Shown: positions 45,834-54,611 of the stretch, piece after piece
Numbering within the stretch: position 1 is the stretch's first letter
How the letters are laid out: every line of letters starts with the position of its first letter
From: an uncultured Eubacteriales bacterium
Lineage (GTDB): Bacteria; Bacillota; Clostridia; Oscillospirales; CAG-272
Length of the DNA stretch: 64,000 nt
NCBI GenBank assembly: GCA_934525675.1
Contig: CAKSZH010000011.1
Span: 25,173-89,172 of the forward strand
Direction of reading: 5' to 3'
Position numbers and translations under genes: made by a program
Notes under the pieces: generated by a model
What the model was told of the DNA's origin: nothing
The model's input: the letters and a program-made list of their open reading frames with translations, nothing else
Database searches by the model: none

Positions 45834-46583
45834 TTATTCGTAATCGACGACATTGACCCAGGAGAGCAAGAACTGTCTTTCCTCGGGCTTGCCCTTGACG
45901 GACTGGGAAGCCGCAACGATCGGCATCCAGCTCTGGACGTACTTTTTGGCGGTTCCGCTCTTTTTGCAGAAGAGTTCGAGGTAAGCATTCGCGCCCTCCA
46001 TATCGCCGGAGAGCCAGAAGAGCAGGTAGGTACGCGCGACATCTGCCGAGGCGTTGCCCTGTGTGGCGTGCGACCAGTCGAGGATGTAGGACGTGCCGTC
46101 CGGCGTGATGATGATATTGGACGGATTGAAGTCCCCGTGGCAGAGCTTGTTGTGGCGCGGCATGGATTCCAGCCGCGTGTGCAGGTCGTACCGCGTGGTC
46201 GCATCGAGGTCTGCCTCGCAGATCTTGCGATCCATCTTGTCCTTGAGCTTTTTCAGATCGGGAGCGGTCTTTTTGTGCATCTCCATCTGAAGGTCCACAA
46301 ACAGTTCCAGATACTCCGCTTTCTTGTCGGGATTCTCCTGCATGAGCTGTGCGAGCGTCTTGCCGGGAATGTACTCGGACGTGATCGCCCACTTGCCGTC
46401 GGGTTTGGAAACCTCCAGCACCTTGGGAATGTGCAGCCCGGTCTCCTCGACCAACGCCTGATTGAGTGCCTCGTTGAGGATTCCCGCCTTGGAGTAATCC
46501 TCGTCAAACACCTTGATGACGCGGTCGCCGTCCAGATAAACGGTCTTGGAGGTCCGCACCGCAAGGATCTTGTCTGCTTCCAT
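45834..46583 (-). CDS. Aminoglycoside-phosphotransferase (APH)/choline-kinase-fold protein kinase-like protein
   Basis: Catalytic loop LCHGDFNPSNIII and DWSHA. ATG at 46583 preceded by AAGGAGGAG, only 20 nt after the adhE stop. Confidence 0.75.
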   Translation of the reverse strand: MEADKILAVRTSKTVYLDGDRVIKVFDEDYSKAGILNEALNQALVEETGLHIPKVLEVSKPDGKWAITSEYIPGKTLAQLMQENPDKKAEYLELFVDLQMEMHKKTAPDLKKLKDKMDRKICEADLDATTRYDLHTRLESMPRHNKLCHGDFNPSNIIITPDGTSYILDWSHATQGNASADVARTYLLFWLSGDMEGANAYLELFCKKSGTAKKYVQSWMPIVAASQSVKGKPEERQFLLSWVNVVDYE

Positions 46584-46603
46584 GTTACTCTCCTCCTTGT
46601 GAA

Positions 46604-49231
46604 TCATACGTTCTTGTGTTCGCCGGTATAGGCGTTCAGATACATCTGTTTAATTTCGGAAATGAGCGGGTAACGCGGGTTTGCCCCGGTGCACTGGTCA
46701 TCGAATGCCTGCTCGCTCATAGCGTCCAGACGCGCCATGAAGTCGGCTTCGTCGGGGACGTAATCGCGGATGGTCGGCTTGATGCCGATGCGCGCCTTGA
46801 GCTCGTCGATCTTTGCAATGAGACCTTCCAGCTTTTCTTCGTCGGTCTTGCCCTTGACGCCGAGTGCCGTAGCGATCTCTGCGTAACGTGCAAGCGTGTG
46901 CGGATGATCGTACTGCGAGAAGGTGCCCATCTTGGTGGGAGCCTCTGCGGAGTTGAAGCGGAGCACCTCATCCATCATGAGAGCATTGGCAATGCCGTGC
47001 GGGATGTGGTGGAATGCGCCGAGCTTGTGCGCCATGGAGTGCATGACGCCGAGGAACGCGTTTGCGAATGCCATACCTGCCATGGTAGCGGCGTTTGCCA
47101 TCTTTTCTCTTGCCACGGGGTCGGGCGTACCGGTGACGGCGCTGTCGTATGCACGGGGCAGGTATTCAAAGATGACCTGCAGCGCACGGATCGCAAGTCC
47201 GTCGGTGTAGTCGGTCGCCATGACCGAAGCGTATGCTTCGAGCGCGTGGGAAACGGCATCGATGCCGGAAGCGGAGGTCAGTCCCTTCGGCGCGTTCATC
47301 ATCATGTCCGCGTCAACGATTGCCATATCGGGCATCAGCTCGTAGTCGGCAAGCGGGTACTTGATGCCGGTCTTCTCGTCGGTGATGACGGCGAACGGCG
47401 TGACCTCGGAGCCGGTGCCGGCAGAAGTCGGGACGGCGATGAAGTATGCCTTCTCTCCCATGTGCGGGAAGGTGTAGACTCTCTTGCGGATGTCGATGAA
47501 GCGCATTGCCATATCCGCAAAATCCGCTTCGGGATGCTCATAAAGCACCCACATGATCTTTGCCGCGTCCATTGCGGAGCCGCCGCCGACGGCAATAATG
47601 ACGTCGGGAGCGAAGGCGGTCATCTGACGTGCGCCCTCTCTTGCGCAGGCAAGTGTCGGGTCGGGGGCAACGTCGGAGAAGGTGGTGTGCAGGATTCCCA
47701 TGGAATCGAGCTTTTCCTCCACCACACGGGTGTAGCCGTTCTGATACAGGAAGGAGTCGGTGACGATGAACGCCTTTTTCTTGTGCATGACGGTGCCGAG
47801 CTCGTCGAGCGCGACGGGCAGACAGCCCTTCTTCTGATACACCTTTTCGGGTGCGCGGAACCAAAGCATATTTTCTCTCCTTTCGGCAACCGTCTTGATA
47901 TTGAGCAGGTGCTTGACACCGACGTTTTCGGAAACGCTGTTACCGCCCCAGCTTCCGCAACCGAGCGTCAGGGAAGGGGTCATCTTGAAGTTGTACAGGT
48001 CGCCGATGCCGCCGTGCGAGGAGGGCGTGTTGACGAGAATGCGGCAGGTCTTCATGCGTTCCGCGAACTCATCGAGGATGGGCTTCGCGGTCACGGGGTT
48101 GAGGTAAATGGAAGAGGTGTGTCCGTAGCCGCCGTCGGCGATCAGATGCTCTGCCTTACCGAATGCGTCCTGAATATCTTTTGCGTGGTACATTGCAAGC
48201 ACCGGGGACAGCTTTTCATGCGCGAATTCCTCGGTGATTTCCACGCTTTCGACTTCGCCGATCAGGATCTTTGCGGTTTCGGGAACCGTCACGCCTGCAA
48301 GCGCGGCGATCTTGTGCGCGGGCTGACCGACGATCTTTGCGTTGAGCGAACCGTTGATGAGAATGGTCTTGCGGACCTTCTCGGTTTCCTCGGGGGAGAG
48401 GAAGTAACAGCCGCGGTAGGAAAATTCCTTCTTGACCGCCTTGTAAATGCTGTCGAGCACGATCACCGATTGCTCGGAGGCACAGATCATGCCGTTGTCA
48501 AAGGTCTTGGAGTGGATGATGGAGTTGACGGCGAGCGTGATGTCTGCGCTCTCGTCGATGATGGCGGGCGTGTTGCCTGCGCCGACACCGAGAGCGGGCT
48601 TGCCGCTGGAGTATGCCGCCTTGACCATGCCGGGACCGCCGGTCGCTAAAATGATGTCCGCTTCCTTCATCAGCGTGTTGGTCATATCCAGGGACGGAAC
48701 GTCGATCCAGCCGATGATTCCCTCGGGTGCGCCTGCCTTGACTGCGGCTTCGAGTACCACTTTTGCCGCTTCAATGGTGGATTTCTTTGCGCGGGGGTGA
48801 GGGCTGATGATGATGGCGTTGCGCGTCTTGAGCGCGATCAGCGTCTTGAAGATGGCGGTAGAGGTCGGGTTGGTCGTCGGGATGACCGCGGCAATGACGC
48901 CGATCGGCTCTGCGACCTTTTCCTCGCCGTAAATGGGGTCTTTTTCGATGACTCCGCAGGTCTTGGTGTTCTTATATGCATTGTAAATATATTCGGAAGC
49001 GTAGTTATTTTTGATGACCTTGTCTTCCACAACGCCCATTCCGGTCTCTTCCACCGCGAGCTTTGCGAGCGGGAGACGCGCCTGGTTTGCGGCGATTGCC
49101 GCCGCCTTGAAGATAGCATCTACCTGTTCCTGAGTGTAGTGCGCGTATATCTCCTCCGCCGCGCGGGTACGCGCAAGCAGAGCTTCCAGCGTTTCGGGGC
49201 TGTCGGTGATGGGATACTTCTGATTCTCCAT
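46604..49231 (-). CDS. adhE: Bifunctional acetaldehyde-CoA/alcohol dehydrogenase
   Basis: N-terminal ALDH domain plus C-terminal Fe-ADH domain (GGGSAMDAAKIMW, HSMAHKLG). ATG at 49231 has a GGAGGA RBS; the track start is 49246. Confidence 0.93.
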   Translation of the reverse strand: MENQKYPITDSPETLEALLARTRAAEEIYAHYTQEQVDAIFKAAAIAANQARLPLAKLAVEETGMGVVEDKVIKNNYASEYIYNAYKNTKTCGVIEKDPIYGEEKVAEPIGVIAAVIPTTNPTSTAIFKTLIALKTRNAIIISPHPRAKKSTIEAAKVVLEAAVKAGAPEGIIGWIDVPSLDMTNTLMKEADIILATGGPGMVKAAYSSGKPALGVGAGNTPAIIDESADITLAVNSIIHSKTFDNGMICASEQSVIVLDSIYKAVKKEFSYRGCYFLSPEETEKVRKTILINGSLNAKIVGQPAHKIAALAGVTVPETAKILIGEVESVEITEEFAHEKLSPVLAMYHAKDIQDAFGKAEHLIADGGYGHTSSIYLNPVTAKPILDEFAERMKTCRILVNTPSSHGGIGDLYNFKMTPSLTLGCGSWGGNSVSENVGVKHLLNIKTVAERRENMLWFRAPEKVYQKKGCLPVALDELGTVMHKKKAFIVTDSFLYQNGYTRVVEEKLDSMGILHTTFSDVAPDPTLACAREGARQMTAFAPDVIIAVGGGSAMDAAKIMWVLYEHPEADFADMAMRFIDIRKRVYTFPHMGEKAYFIAVPTSAGTGSEVTPFAVITDEKTGIKYPLADYELMPDMAIVDADMMMNAPKGLTSASGIDAVSHALEAYASVMATDYTDGLAIRALQVIFEYLPRAYDSAVTGTPDPVAREKMANAATMAGMAFANAFLGVMHSMAHKLGAFHHIPHGIANALMMDEVLRFNSAEAPTKMGTFSQYDHPHTLARYAEIATALGVKGKTDEEKLEGLIAKIDELKARIGIKPTIRDYVPDEADFMARLDAMSEQAFDDQCTGANPRYPLISEIKQMYLNAYTGEHKNV

Positions 49232-49273
49232 GATTCGTTCCTCCATGTCTGTTGGGTCTATTGGCTTGTTATA

Positions 49274-49302
49274 ATTTTAACACACTTCCCGCACGAACAC
49301 AA
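49274..49302 (-). promoter_or_regulatory. Candidate adhE promoter
   Basis: Minus strand: TTGTGT (49297-49302), 17-nt spacer, TGtTAAAAT (49274-49279). Confidence 0.55.
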
Positions 49303-49319
49303 CTATGGAAATTACATAA

Positions 49320-49339
49320 CGATATATCTTTATCGATAT
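49320..49339 (-). promoter_or_regulatory. ATATCG-N8-ATATCG direct-repeat operator upstream of adhE
   Basis: The minus strand reads ccctATATCGataaagatATATCGttatg. The proximal repeat is 17 nt from the -35 hexamer, as at adh. Confidence 0.6.
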
Positions 49340-49547
49340 AGGGGAGTTTTTCCCAATTGGCAACCCGTAGCGCCCTCCGCCTGTTATGCGGGGGAGTGCG
49401 GGGAATTCCGCAACCGATCTGCGGTTGTTTTTTGTTGTGTTCGGTCGTGTCCGCAACCGGACCCGTGGTCACGCTTGTCACGGCGCGGCGGACGATGTTT
49501 CGCGGTCGTGTCCGGCGGTGTGTATTGGCGGGGGATCCCGCCGCGTG

Positions 49548-50477
49548 TCAGCCGCCGAGTACCTCGCGCTTGTATGCGGTCAGGCTGTCGATAAATTGGC
49601 AGTCGAGGTCGGTCAGGCGGTAATTTTTACGGTAAATCAGTACGTCGCGGTAGACCTTGTGGTCGTCTTCGCAGGGACGTGTGACCAGATGGTGCTGTTC
49701 CAGAATTCTTTTCGGAATCGGGGAGACCCACATAAACGCGTCGGGCAATTGTTCGAGCAGACCGAACTGACTTCCACGTTCAAATACGAAAATGTGTTTG
49801 TCCACGTATTCCGAAAGCTCGCTCTTGCGCGCCTCGCTTTGCGGCAGATTCGGTACAAACGGGTCACCGTGTGCGATCTCCGTCATGCCGGCAAGTTCCT
49901 CCGAGCGGAAGGATTTCTTTCCCGAAAGCGGGTTCTTTTCCGACATCAGCGCCACGTGCGAAAACTCACAGATCAGTTCGGATGCAAGCCCCTTTTCCGC
50001 AAGCATTGCCTTGAAATAACGGTCGTAGGCGGATTGATAGCGGATGATGCCGATCCGGTAACCGGCTTCCACAATGTTGTTGATGGCGCGCAGGGAATTG
50101 GTTTCCCGATAGAGCAGCTCCATGCGCTCGCTGCCGGATACCGATTTCACGAAATCCGTGAACGCACAGGAAATATAGGTCGCGCGCGGCACCGATGCGG
50201 AAAACAGCTGGGTGTTGGCGCGTTCGCCCTTGTACATCCGTTCCATGGCGTCCACCTGGGAGAGAATGGAGCGGGCATATCCGAGAAATTCCTCGCCTTC
50301 CTCGGTCGGGACGATTCCCTTGGAGGTACGCTTGAAGATCTTGATTCCCAGTTCTTCTTCCAGATCCTTGATGGCGCGGCTGAGGTTGGGTTGACCCATA
50401 TAGAGCGCCTCGGCGGCTTTGGTGATGGAAGTGGTTTTTGCAACCTCCACCGCATACTTCAGGTATAACAGATTCAT
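49548..50477 (-). CDS. LysR-family transcriptional regulator
   Basis: N-terminal HTH MNLLYLKYAVEVAKTTSITKAAEALYMGQPNLSRAIKDLEEELG. 309 aa. Confidence 0.85.
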   Translation of the reverse strand: MNLLYLKYAVEVAKTTSITKAAEALYMGQPNLSRAIKDLEEELGIKIFKRTSKGIVPTEEGEEFLGYARSILSQVDAMERMYKGERANTQLFSASVPRATYISCAFTDFVKSVSGSERMELLYRETNSLRAINNIVEAGYRIGIIRYQSAYDRYFKAMLAEKGLASELICEFSHVALMSEKNPLSGKKSFRSEELAGMTEIAHGDPFVPNLPQSEARKSELSEYVDKHIFVFERGSQFGLLEQLPDAFMWVSPIPKRILEQHHLVTRPCEDDHKVYRDVLIYRKNYRLTDLDCQFIDSLTAYKREVLGG

Positions 50478-50578
50478 ACGGGGATTCCTTTCGGTTGTCC
50501 CGGGCGGGACCGTGGGGCGGTCTTTGCCCGGCAGAACATTGTACGGGGGAAAACGTCGGCGTACCGCCGGTGCGGTCT

Positions 50579-50602
50579 CTTTTCACATTGGGCTGTGAAA
50601 AG
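50579..50602. promoter_or_regulatory. Perfect 9-bp inverted repeat CTTTTCACA-N6-TGTGAAAAG immediately after the rex stop
   Basis: cttttcaca (50579-50587) / tgtgaaaag (50594-50602). No U-run follows on the minus strand. Confidence 0.5.
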
Positions 50603-50605
50603 GGT

Positions 50606-51223
50606 TCAGCGGACGTATTTGGACAGGATTGCGAGAGAGGATGCGAGGTTCTCGTTTTCCACGGCGACCCCGTCGGGGACCCGCAGAATGACGGGCGCAA
50701 AGTTCCAGATTGCCCGGATGCCGCATCCGGCAAGGCGGTCGGCAATGGGCTGTGCCGCGGGGGCGGGAACAGTCAGAATGGCAAGGCGGATGTTCTCCTC
50801 CCGGCAGAAGTTCTCCAGCTGTTCCATGGCAAGCACGGGTTTGTCGGCGAAGCGTTTGCCGACAAGCTCCGGCGAGAAATCAAACGCGGCGCAGATGTCG
50901 AAGCCGTAGTCGAGGAAACCGCCGTAGCAGAGCAGTGCCTGACCGAGATGCCCGGCACCGATCAGCACCGTTTTGGTCATGCGGTCACAGCCGAGACAGG
51001 CTTCGATCTGGGGGATCAGTTCTTCGATGACATAGCCGGTTTTGGGTCTGCCGCTTCCGCTGACCGCCCCGAGGTCCTTCCGGACCTGGACATCGCCGAG
51101 TCCGAATACTTTCGCAAGCGTTGTGGCGGAAATGGTTTCCTGCTCTTCGCGGATTGTGCGCAGGTAGTGCAGGTAGATCGGCAGTCGCCTCAGCGTTTTC
51201 GGTGAAATATTCGCGTTTCCCAT
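50606..51223 (-). CDS. rex: Redox-sensing transcriptional repressor Rex
   Basis: ISPKTLRRLPIYLHYL winged helix, Rossmann motif VLIGAGHLGQAL, 205 aa. Confidence 0.9.
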   Translation of the reverse strand: MGNANISPKTLRRLPIYLHYLRTIREEQETISATTLAKVFGLGDVQVRKDLGAVSGSGRPKTGYVIEELIPQIEACLGCDRMTKTVLIGAGHLGQALLCYGGFLDYGFDICAAFDFSPELVGKRFADKPVLAMEQLENFCREENIRLAILTVPAPAAQPIADRLAGCGIRAIWNFAPVILRVPDGVAVENENLASSLAILSKYVR

Positions 51224-51256
51224 AGTGAGTCCCTCCGCTGTATCGTACTTATATTC

Positions 51257-51308
51257 ATTCTACCATGCGCAGGGAACGGGGACAATATCGATTTATCAAT
51301 ATCGATAT
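51257..51308 (-). promoter_or_regulatory. Candidate rex promoter with an overlapping ATATCG-N8-ATATCGATAT operator
   Basis: Minus strand: ATCGATATtgataaATCGATATTGTCC, 17 nt, then TGgTAGAAT (-10 at 51257-51262). The plus strand reads gacaATATCGatttatcaATATCGatatg (51285-51308). Confidence 0.55.
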
Positions 51309-51328
51309 GTATTTATAGATATGATGCT

Positions 51329-52357
51329 TCAGGGCTTGATTTCAAAGATCCAGCCTTCGGGGGCGGGCAGGCGTCCCATCTGAATGCCGGTCAGGGTATC
51401 ATACAGCTTCTTGGTGACAGGACCCATTTCGCTCATACCGGAGGGGAAGCAGATCTCCTTGCCGTGATCGACGATCTTGCCGACGGGGGAGATGACCGCC
51501 GCAGTGCCGCAGAGTCCGCATTCCGCGAAATCGCCGACCTCTTCCAGCGTGACCTCGCGTTCTTCCGCTTCCAACCCCAGATAATCGCGTGCGACGACCA
51601 TGAGGGAGCGGCGGGTGATCGACGGCAGAATGCTGCCGGATTTGGGCGTGACCACCTTGCCGTCCTTCGTGACGAACAGGATGTTTGCGCCGCCGGTTTC
51701 CTCGATTTTGGTGCGGGTTGCGGGATCGAGATAGATGTTTTCGTCAAAGCCCTGGTTATGCGCGTCCACTATGGCGTGCAGGCTCATGGCGTAGTTCAGT
51801 CCCGCCTTGATGTGACCGGAACCGTGGGGCGCCGCGCGGTCAAAATCGCTGACGCGGAGGGTCAGCGGGCGGACACCGCCCTTGAAATACGGACCGACGG
51901 GCGTGCAGAACATCCGGAATTCATATTCCGACGCGGGCTTGACACCGATGACGGGGTCGGAGCCGAACAGGAAGGGGCGGATATATAAGGTTGCGCCGGA
52001 ACCGTAGGGCGGGACCCACGCGGCGTTGGCGCGGACGGTTTCTTCCACCGCCTTGATGAATCTTTCTTTCGGGAATACGGGCATTTCCAGTCTCTTCGCG
52101 GACTGCTCCATGCGTTCTCCGTTGAGGTCGGGGCGGAAGGTGACGATGCGTCCGTCCTCGGTTGTGTATGCCTTGAGCCCTTCAAAGCAGGTCTGTGCAT
52201 ATTGCAGAACGCCGGCACATTCGCTGATGGTGACGGTTGCATCCTCCGTCAGGGTACCTTCGTCCCACGCTCCGTTTCTGAAACGTGAAACATAACGCTT
52301 GTCGGTTTTCACATAGCCAAATCCAAGATTGCTCCAGTCAAGATTCTTTTTCTCCAT
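51329..52357 (-). CDS. ilvE: Branched-chain amino acid aminotransferase
   Basis: 342 aa; LQYAQTCFEGLKAY...YIRPF...; class IV aminotransferase pattern. Confidence 0.9.
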   Translation of the reverse strand: MEKKNLDWSNLGFGYVKTDKRYVSRFRNGAWDEGTLTEDATVTISECAGVLQYAQTCFEGLKAYTTEDGRIVTFRPDLNGERMEQSAKRLEMPVFPKERFIKAVEETVRANAAWVPPYGSGATLYIRPFLFGSDPVIGVKPASEYEFRMFCTPVGPYFKGGVRPLTLRVSDFDRAAPHGSGHIKAGLNYAMSLHAIVDAHNQGFDENIYLDPATRTKIEETGGANILFVTKDGKVVTPKSGSILPSITRRSLMVVARDYLGLEAEEREVTLEEVGDFAECGLCGTAAVISPVGKIVDHGKEICFPSGMSEMGPVTKKLYDTLTGIQMGRLPAPEGWIFEIKP

Positions 52358-52404
52358 AAGTCAGGGTTCCTTTCTGCCGCACGGCGGATAAAATGCTTAC
52401 TATT

Positions 52405-52432
52405 ATTATACCATCCTTTTTGCAAATGTCCA
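52405..52432 (-). promoter_or_regulatory. Candidate ilvE promoter
   Basis: Minus strand: TGGACA (52427-52432), 16-nt spacer, TGgTATAAT (52405-52410). Confidence 0.6.
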
Positions 52433-52680
52433 TAGAGTACGGCGAACATTTTTCCGAAAATCCAACGGCAAAAATGAATAATTCTTTGTACAACTTGCAA
52501 AATGCGGCACTTGGGGGACCTGCCGCGTTTCTTGCGCAGTGGATTTTCCCGATTGTTTTCGCGCGGCGGGGCACACCAAACGGTGACGGGTACCCCCGGC
52601 TTTCGTACCGCCGGGGCGGTCCGCAAAACGGCGGAGCTTTCCGGTGACTCTCCCTCTCTCCGTCCGCTCCGCCCCGGAGG

Positions 52681-52760
52681 GGTGCCCGCCGGGCGGCTCG
52701 CGCAACCTGCGGCGCGCTCACCCCCGGATCCCCCTCGCGGCGGCTCCGCGTTTTGTAATC
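52681..52760. repeat. GC-rich dispersed intergenic repeat, copy B
   Basis: ggtgcccgccgggcggctcgcgcaacc...cccccggatcccc...cggctccgcgttttgtaatcc aligns with 15822-15907. Confidence 0.7.
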
Positions 52761-52816
52761 CTACTGTCCGGTACCCGTCAAAAACGGCGCAGACCAAACG
52801 GTCTGCGCCGTCATAT

Positions 52817-54373
52817 TCAGTTGTCTCCGGACGTGCCGAGATTACCGGCGGTAGCCGGAATTTCCGAGGGAACCGCGCGGTCGGACTCCGGCGTTTCCGT
52901 AGGGGCGGGGGAGGCGGAAACACTTTCCGCTGTCCTGCTTTCCTCACCGGATTGCTGTTCTGCCGGAACGGGAGTCGCTGTGCCGACTGAAACATCGGTT
53001 GCGGGGGCGGATTCCGTCACCGGAGCTTTCGCACTGTCCGTACCCGGAACCGCACCGTTGTCCGTCAGGACGTCCGTGCCGGAGGGGATACCCGTTCCGT
53101 CGTCTCCACTGTCCGGAAGATCGGAATTTTCCACTTCATTTAGAGAAACGCTGGTGGTATGCGCGATCGGTTTCCATGTTACCTTGGTCAGGAACGCGAC
53201 CCAGCTGATCGGAATGTAGGTCGCCATGAAAATCGGGAAGGTGAAGAACGAAAGTATCTTTTTCCATGCGGGGGCGTGAATGTTCTTCCATTCGTAAATG
53301 CCGGTGGATGCACCGATGATGAACATCAGAAGATACACACTCGCACAGGTTTTGGCAACCTCCCGCAGTTCAATATTCAGAAGCGATGGGTTGATGATGC
53401 CGTAAATAAACGCTGCCGCGTTGACAAGGATTGCAACCGAGCTGATGAAGAACATCGGTGCCACGGTGCAGAACATATCGTAGAACGAAAAGCCCTTGCC
53501 GGTGAAAATCCCCTTGAGGAGCTGCCCGCCGTGCTTGCGGATGACCTGCAAGAAGCCCTTCGACCAGCGCAGTCTCTGGTGCCAGGATTGGCTGAATTTT
53601 TTGGGTTGCTCATCATAGAGCATTGCCGCGTGGCAGTAAGTGATCTTTTCGCCCTTGATGATGTTGTCAATGGTGAATTCAATGTCCTCGGTCAGAAGGT
53701 AATGCTTCCAGCCGCCCTGCTTATTGATGATGTCTTTGCAGACAAGGAATCCCGTGCCGGAGATGGCACAGCTGGTACCGAGCAGGGTACGCGCGTTGTT
53801 GAGGTGGCGCGCCTCGTGCAGGAACCACAGGGAGTATCCGGAAGAAATCCAGTTGTCGCCGTAGTTCTTCGAGTTGCGGTAACTCGTGACAATGCGGTTT
53901 CCGGCGGAGAAACACTTATCCATCTCGCGGACGTATCTGCGGTCGAGCAGGTTGTCGGCATCGATGACAAAGAATCCGTCGTAATAATCTTTCCCCTTCA
54001 GCTTGCGGATACAGCGGAGCAGGTAGTCAAGTGCATAGCCCTTGCCCACCTTCTGCATATTATGGCGCACAAAAACCGTGGCACCGTGTTCCTCTGCGAC
54101 CGTGTGGGTCGAGTCGGTACAGTTGTCGGCTACCACATACGCGTCCAGCAGTTCTGTGGGATAGTCCTGCTCCCGGATACTGTCAAGGAGCTGCCCGATC
54201 ACGTTTTCCTCATTCCGTGCGGAAATCAGAATCGCATATCGGTGAGACGGTTCTACATCCGGATAGGTTTTCGGCTTCCGGAAGCTGGCGACGATCAGGT
54301 ACACGTACTGGTACGCGTACAGGGCGGTAAACAGTATCGCCATCACCAGATTGAATGTTACAATCCATTCCAT
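52817..54373 (-). CDS. Membrane-bound family 2 glycosyltransferase with a Ser/Thr/Pro/Asp-rich C-terminal tail
   Basis: YAILISARNEENVIGQLLDSI...VVADNCTDST (GT-A DxD region). QRLRWSKG-type motif. Multiple TM helices. Low-complexity last ~110 aa. Confidence 0.8.
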   Translation of the reverse strand: MEWIVTFNLVMAILFTALYAYQYVYLIVASFRKPKTYPDVEPSHRYAILISARNEENVIGQLLDSIREQDYPTELLDAYVVADNCTDSTHTVAEEHGATVFVRHNMQKVGKGYALDYLLRCIRKLKGKDYYDGFFVIDADNLLDRRYVREMDKCFSAGNRIVTSYRNSKNYGDNWISSGYSLWFLHEARHLNNARTLLGTSCAISGTGFLVCKDIINKQGGWKHYLLTEDIEFTIDNIIKGEKITYCHAAMLYDEQPKKFSQSWHQRLRWSKGFLQVIRKHGGQLLKGIFTGKGFSFYDMFCTVAPMFFISSVAILVNAAAFIYGIINPSLLNIELREVAKTCASVYLLMFIIGASTGIYEWKNIHAPAWKKILSFFTFPIFMATYIPISWVAFLTKVTWKPIAHTTSVSLNEVENSDLPDSGDDGTGIPSGTDVLTDNGAVPGTDSAKAPVTESAPATDVSVGTATPVPAEQQSGEESRTAESVSASPAPTETPESDRAVPSEIPATAGNLGTSGDN

Positions 54374-54611
54374 TTCAAATAATCCTTATTCAAGGCAAAG
54401 AATCCGCCTGCATAAAACCCGGAATGACCCGACGATCAACATGCCGGATCACGTTTCTGCATGACGCCTCCTGCCGCGGACGGCACGGAGACTGACGGTG
54501 GACGTTATGGGATGCGCTTCGCGGAACCGTTGTTCCGCGCGGCAAACAGGATATTAACTATTCTATCATAGACCAGAATGCGCCAAAAGTCAAGAGCCGG
54601 AGCGAAAAAAG

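Noticed and set aside
52309-52995. 228-aa minus-strand ORF and 52502..52990 plus ORF in the ilvE-GT2 spacer
   Set aside because: They cover the ilvE promoter, the GC-rich dispersed repeat and the GT2 3' end. Their peptide similarity to ORFs at 15654-16008 comes from the shared DNA repeat, not from a protein family.
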